Shown: piece by piece, positions 58,774 to 64,000 of the stretch
How the letters are laid out: the number at the start of each line of letters is the position of its first letter
Numbering within the stretch: the first letter of the stretch is position 1
DNA from: an uncultured delta proteobacterium
Lineage (GTDB): Bacteria > Myxococcota_A > Polyangia > Fen-1088
Assembly (NCBI GenBank): GCA_963755125.1
Contig: CAVWIP010000008.1
Location: 352,001 to 416,000, forward strand
DNA length: 64,000 nt
Direction: 5' to 3'
The notes under the pieces: generated by a model
The model's database searches: none
Told to the model about the DNA's origin: nothing
What the model saw: the letters and a program-made list of their open reading frames with translations, nothing else
Made by a program: the position numbers and the translations under genes

Positions 58774-60069
58774 TCACGTTCGCTCGGCGAAGAGCGCATC
58801 TGCCACACCGTCCTCGACGCAGTTGGCCACGATGCCATCGGTCCTGCAGGCGTCACGGATGGCGATGATGGCGTCGTAGGTGGCGTCGGGGACTTTGACC
58901 TGCTGAGCTGCCCACTGCGCCTGCTGAAGCGCGGTCAGGTCGAGCTGGGTCTGGATGGCAGGCTCGGCACCGGTGACGACTGTCCGGAAAGAAATCTCGC
59001 GGACCATGTAGCCGAGATGAAACCGGATCAAAAACCTGTCGAACAGGGCTTCCAGCTCCTGGCCTTCCGGCAATTCATTCGATGCCGCGAACAACGTCAC
59101 CAGTGGACATGGCACCGGCTGGCCACCGTTGTGGAACACGCGCTCGTTGGCGATGGTCAGCAGCGTGTTCAAGATTGCCGAGCTGGCCTTGAAGATTTCG
59201 TCAACAAAGGCCACCTCGGATTCGGGCAGCTTGCCGGTGGTCAGATTCTCGGCAAGACCTTCCACCTGAGCCTGCAGCACGGTCTGGTACAGGCTGGCCC
59301 TGCGGCGCAGGTCATCGAAATGCTCCAGCCTGCGCATCAGGGTCGAGGCCCGGTCGGGTGGTGTCTGGAGAAACTGCTGCATCTCGGTCTGCAGCGCGGT
59401 CAGTTCCTCTTCGATACTGGCCTTTGCCGCCTGAGCCAGAGCGGCCTGGCCTTCTTTGGTCGCGGTGATGGGGACCAGATACATCTTGGACTCACCCAGC
59501 TTTTCGATCACACCCTGCAACTGTCGGAGAGCAGCGGCATACGGGGCAGGCACCCAGTACACACCACCCATGTGCCGCAGGGTCACGGCTGCAAACGAGT
59601 CCAGCGTTCTTGTTATGGTCCGGCGGATGTCGTCGGTGGTGTGCAGGGTCTTCAGTTCGCCAAACCTTGCAAACAGTTTCTGCACCAGGCTGTTGCCAGG
59701 TTGATCGGATTGAAGAGTGTCACTCTGCCGGTCGAGGGTGATGCGGGCTTCCTGGTGATACAGCAGTCCGCCGGTGCCATCGCGCTCCTCGCCCACGATG
59801 CCGATGACGATTTCCTGCTCGTTCTCCATGGCGACGCGGAACAGTCGGTCGGGATGACCAACCTGTGTTTCTCTTGCCGCCGTCTTGAATGCCTTTTCAG
59901 CCGTCGGCTCTTCTGGCAGCAGCTCAGTGGGCAAGCCGCCCTGGACCCACAGTTTCACCAGGTCGGGACGGTTGACAGATGCGGCGGCGAGTTCCCACCA
60001 CAGCAGGTCCCCAAGGGGTTGGCCGCCATGGTTCGTGTTGCGTCTGATTAGATCTAATTCGGTCTGCAT
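58774..60069 (-). pseudogene. In-frame fusion of a DUF6744-like protein with an internal fragment of a RavA/MoxR-type AAA+ ATPase
   Basis: LGDLLWW...GGVYWVP N-part; then GKLPE.EVAFVDEIFKASSAILNTLL...NER...ASNELP...LFDRF with no Walker A. Confidence 0.7.
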
Positions 60070-60382
60070 GGTTGTCCTTTCGGTTGGTTTGATTGCGTCC
60101 GCCGGACACACGTTCTGGCATTGGTGCCGGCGGCTGATACAGGTCACGGCCGACCCAATTGATTGCTCACCTGAAGGTGAGTTGCTTGGTCCCGGACAAG
60201 CCACCATTGCAATGGCGTCTACGGGACTTCAAATGCGGCGGAAGCTATATATAGGACTGGCGCAGTTGGGATTATTCTGTTGTTCTCAAGCGCTCATCCC
60301 AACAGTCTTTGCACACATGCTGGCCTTGATGCAGGCGCAGTTCGAGTGCGGGTTTCCTTTTGTGGCACAGGCGACACACGTA

Positions 60383-60574
60383 TCAATCCTTCTCACATTG
60401 ATCTCTGCCACCGACCAGCTCCACCAGGACTGTGCCACATTTTGTGCATTCGACCGTTACGCTCTCTGGTTGCTTGTTTTCGCTTGATGCATAGACGGCA
60501 ATTTCTATGTACTCAAAATGGCCGTGTTTGAGAAGTGCTTCCTGTTCTTTCCGTGTGAGCGTTGCTATTGCCAC
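60383..60574 (-). CDS. Small CxxC protein
   Basis: AGGAG RBS; VTVECTKCGTVLVEL. Confidence 0.5.
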   Translation of the reverse strand: MAIATLTRKEQEALLKHGHFEYIEIAVYASSENKQPESVTVECTKCGTVLVELVGGRDQCEKD

Positions 60575-60796
60575 TTGGTATTCTCCTGCGAAGTAACCCC
60601 TGTTCCACCAACTGTCAGCGGAACGGGGTTACGGTGGTTGTTAACCGTCCTTCAGATCGTTGATCTCGGACCGAGCCATCACCAGCTTGCTGTCAGCCCT
60701 ACGGAGAACGTCGAATTCGGCCTCTGGTTTCCTTCTGGCTCGGCTTGACGGTGAATGCGCCTTCGGCCAGGGCGCGGTTGCAGCGGCGGCACACGA

Positions 60797-60885
60797 CGCT
60801 CGTGGACTATGCCCTTCGACGTAGGTTTGCGTTCTTCAAGCTGGAGCCACGCTACGGCCATCGAACCTTCAACAACTGGATGAGC
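60797..60885 (+). pseudogene. Small remnant of an McrB-type GTPase
   Basis: LVDYALRRRFAFFKLEP.Y....F..W. Confidence 0.65.
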
Positions 60886-60889
60886 CAGC

Positions 60890-62006
60890 GACGGCTCTGC
60901 GTCGCTTCATTCGAGACAACGAGGAGGTTCTCAACCCGCTGACACACTACGACCGTGTGGATGAGAAGGGGCCGTACACGGGAAGCCGCAAGGTGCACAA
61001 CCCCAAGCCCGGCGGATACCAGTATGACGTCACGCACGAGCGGACCGGCAAGACGTGTGTCCGCCCGGCCAACGGCTACCGCTACCCGGAGCATAGGATG
61101 AAGGAACTCATCGCCGAAAAGCGCATTCTGTTCGGCGACGACGACACTCAGATCGTCCAGATCAAGGAGTACCTTGAGGAGTACGAAGGGAAACTGGCGA
61201 GCGTAGTGGTTCTCGATAGCCGCGCAGGGGCGAACGAGCTGGAGGGGCTGTTCGGAGAGCGCAAGGTCTTCACGAACCCCAAGCCGGTATCGTTGCTCAG
61301 TGACATTTTCGGCTACTGCCTTGAGCCAGGTGACGTCGCGCTTGACTTCTTTGCCGGGTCTGGGACGACCGCCCAGGCGGTGGTGGAGCTGAACGTGTTC
61401 GATGGTGGGGCGAGAAGATTCATACTTGTGCAGCTGCCAGAAGCGGTCGCCGGAAAGCAGGACTTCTCGACCATTGCCCAGATCACCCGAGAGCGGGTGC
61501 GTCGTGTCGCCATCAGGACCAAGAAGGCACAGCAGGAGGAGGATTCGCAACGAGGCTTGTTCTCGGATGGTGCCGCGAAGGTGATGATTGACGCAGGCTT
61601 CCGCGCCTACAAACTCGCGGCCAGCAACTTCAAACTGTGGTCGGTTGAACCCAACGAACTGGGACGTCTCGCGGAGCAGGTTGAGGCGTTCACCGAGCCA
61701 CTAGTGCCGGGCGCATCCAAGGAGGCTGTCTTGCACGAGCTGATCCTGAAGGGGGGCCTCCCGCTCACCGCCGAGATCAAGCCCCTGACTCTCGCGGGCA
61801 CCACCGTCCACGGCGTCGAGGACGGCCGCCTCCTCATCTGCCTTGCCGACCCGGTGCCGGAGAAAGCGCTGCGGGCGATGCTCAAACTGCCCAAGCTGCC
61901 CCAGATCGTCATCTGTCTCGACCACGCTTTCGGGAACAACGACCAGTTGCTGACCAACATCGCCCTCGAGATGAAGGACCGTGGTGTCGACTTCCGCACC
62001 GTCTGA
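60890..62006 (+). pseudogene. mod: Type III R-M methyltransferase, N-terminally truncated
   Basis: PKPVSLL, DFFAGSGTT, RRFILVQLPE, GFRAYKL; DPPY motif absent. Confidence 0.88.
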
Positions 62007-62024
62007 CCTGCTGGGAGCCATGCA

Positions 62025-64000
62025 GTGAAGATCCAGTTCGACGCCAGCCAGAATTTTCAGCGCCACGCCATCGATGCGGTGCTGGACCTGTTAGAGGGCC
62101 AGCCTCTCGCCAGCACCTCGGTGGAGCTGGGCCGCGAAAACATCGTGGGTACCACGCTTGCCCATCTCGGCTACGGCAACGCGCTCGCGCTTGGCCGCGA
62201 CCAGCTCTTGGCAAACGTCCAGGCCATCCAGCGGCGCAACAACCTGCCGGTCGGGGACACACTGGCTGTCACACCGTCGGGCCGTGATGATGACCCACGC
62301 GGCGGCATTCCGCACTTTTCGGTAGAGATGGAAACCGGCACCGGCAAGACATATGTCTACCTGCGCACCATCTTCGAGCTGCACCGGCGTTACGGGTTCT
62401 CCAAGTTCGTCATCGCCGTGCCCAGCGTGGCCATCCGCGAGGGCGTCAAGACAGCCATCGACCTGACTCGAGACCACTTCAGCGCAATCTACGACAATCT
62501 CCCAGTGGACACGTGGGTCTATGACGGCGAGCAGACCCATCGTATACGCCAGTTCGCCCAGAACAACCGCCTGCAGATCATGATCATCAACGTGGACGCC
62601 TTCAATAAGGCGCAAAACGTGATGTTCAAGGCGATGGACAAGCTGTCCGACCGACGTCCCATCGATTTCCTGCGCGCAACCTTCCCCATCGTCATCGTGG
62701 ACGAGCCGCAGAATTTCGAGGCTGAGAACCGTCAGAACGCCATCAAGGAGCTGTACCCGCTGTGCACGCTGCGCTATTCCGCCACCCACCGGAACCCCTA
62801 CAACCTGGTCTACCGGTTGGGTCCGGCGACGGCCTTCAACCTGCGTCTGGTCAAACGCATCGAGGTCGATTCGGTGACGGAGGAGGGCGACCAGAACCGG
62901 CCCTTCATCGCGGTCGAGAAGGTAGATGTGAAACCGTCGCTGCACGCCAAGCTGAAAATCGACGTGCAAGGTAAGGATGGCCCCAAGCGCAAGGTGGTCA
63001 CGATCAAGAAGAAGGGCATCGACCTTTTCGACCTGTCCGGCAAACGTGAGCAGTACCGCAACTACGTGGTGACCGAAATCGACGCGGGCGCTGGCTTCGT
63101 GGCCTTCGGCAACGGGGTTCGGCTGCCAGTCGGGGAAAGCCAGGGCGACCGCCGCGACGACGTGATGCGCGTGCAGATTCGCGAGACCGTTCGGGCCCAC
63201 TTCGAGCGCGAGCAAGCGCTGGCTAAGGCACTGCCAACCGGGGTGCGGATGAAGGTGCTTTCGCTGTTCTTCATCGACCGCGTGGCCAACTACGCTGACG
63301 AGGACGGAAAGCTTCGCCGGTGGTTTGTCGAGGAATACACGGCACTGGCTCGAGAGCCGCGCTTCCAGGCGCTGGCCTCGCATCCACTGGAACAGGTGCA
63401 TCGCGGGTACTTCGCGAAGGACAGGAGTGGGTTCAAGGAAAGCCGTGAGGGCCGGGACACAGCGGCCGACGATGAAGCCTACGAACTGATCATGAAGGAC
63501 AAGGAGCGACTCCTCGACCCCGACGAGCCCCTACGATTCATTTTCAGCCACTCGGCCCTGCGCGAGGGCTGGGACAATCCGAACGTCTTCCAGATCTGCA
63601 CCCTGAACGAGTCGCGGTCAGAGCTGAAGAAGCGCCAGGAGATCGGCCGTGGGCTGCGGCTGCCGGTCATGAGCACCGGCGAACGGTGCCAGAACGAGCG
63701 CCTGAACGTCCTGACCGTGGTGGCCAACGAGTCCTACCGCGAGTTCGCTGCGGGGCTGCAATCCGAGATCCTGGAGGAAACTGGCGACAGGTTGCCCACG
63801 GGAGCCATTGAAAACAAGCGCGACAGGCGCAAGCTGGGCCTGCGCGCCGACTGGCGCGAGAAGAACAGCGCCTTCGTGGCACTATGGGAGCGCATCAAGC
63901 ACAAAACACGCTACTCGGTTCGGTACGAGACGGCACGTCTCATCGAGGCCGCCTGCCTGCGGATGCGCGAGATGCCCAAGATTGCGCCGCCAAAAATCGT
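62025..64000 (+). CDS. res: Type III restriction endonuclease subunit; runs off right edge
   Basis: GTG start MKIQFD; EMETGTGKTYVY, IVDEPQ, YSATH, SALREGWDNPNVFQICTL, QEIGRGLRL. Confidence 0.93.
   Translation, partial: MKIQFDASQNFQRHAIDAVLDLLEGQPLASTSVELGRENIVGTTLAHLGYGNALALGRDQLLANVQAIQRRNNLPVGDTLAVTPSGRDDDPRGGIPHFSVEMETGTGKTYVYLRTIFELHRRYGFSKFVIAVPSVAIREGVKTAIDLTRDHFSAIYDNLPVDTWVYDGEQTHRIRQFAQNNRLQIMIINVDAFNKAQNVMFKAMDKLSDRRPIDFLRATFPIVIVDEPQNFEAENRQNAIKELYPLCTLRYSATHRNPYNLVYRLGPATAFNLRLVKRIEVDSVTEEGDQNRPFIAVEKVDVKPSLHAKLKIDVQGKDGPKRKVVTIKKKGIDLFDLSGKREQYRNYVVTEIDAGAGFVAFGNGVRLPVGESQGDRRDDVMRVQIRETVRAHFEREQALAKALPTGVRMKVLSLFFIDRVANYADEDGKLRRWFVEEYTALAREPRFQALASHPLEQVHRGYFAKDRSGFKESREGRDTAADDEAYELIMKDKERLLDPDEPLRFIFSHSALREGWDNPNVFQICTLNESRSELKKRQEIGRGLRLPVMSTGERCQNERLNVLTVVANESYREFAAGLQSEILEETGDRLPTGAIENKRDRRKLGLRADWREKNSAFVALWERIKHKTRYSVRYETARLIEAACLRMREMPKIAPPKI

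Overview
GC-rich, strongly mosaic accessory DNA with almost no housekeeping genes. The Gly/Thr-rich, 'DAG'-containing Cys-rich lipoproteins suggest a Myxococcota (Polyangia-like) host, which is an inference. The window reads as a decaying tandem stack of tRNA-Leu(GAG)-targeting integrative elements. It holds two island-island att junctions, two related tyrosine integrases (both broken), a DUF3631 replication gene split by an apparent 4.2-kb inversion, and a satellite-like module (xis, Toprim/D5 primase-helicase, duplicated ori-like repeat, intact family-A DNA polymerase). Further backbone remnants are a sigma-like HTH gene, a PD-(D/E)XK nuclease with a Rad52-family annealing protein, and a DUF6744/AAA fusion. 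A non-coding motif (CCAGTWAGCTWTGG...GGGTCCCC...AAAAATT) recurs five times at backbone/cargo borders. Inserted elements are a trio of tyrosine recombinases, two IS3 copies, IS66, IS4, IS630 and an orphan integron-type cassette. Cargo is mostly secreted or lipoproteins (three Kelch proteins, trypsin/choice-of-anchor A, serpin, GH-A hydrolase, caspase-like/TlpA fusion, Rhs fragment), plus three HU/IHF genes, a hybrid kinase and a truncated type III R-M locus at the right edge. All family calls come from motif recognition by eye; no database searches were run.
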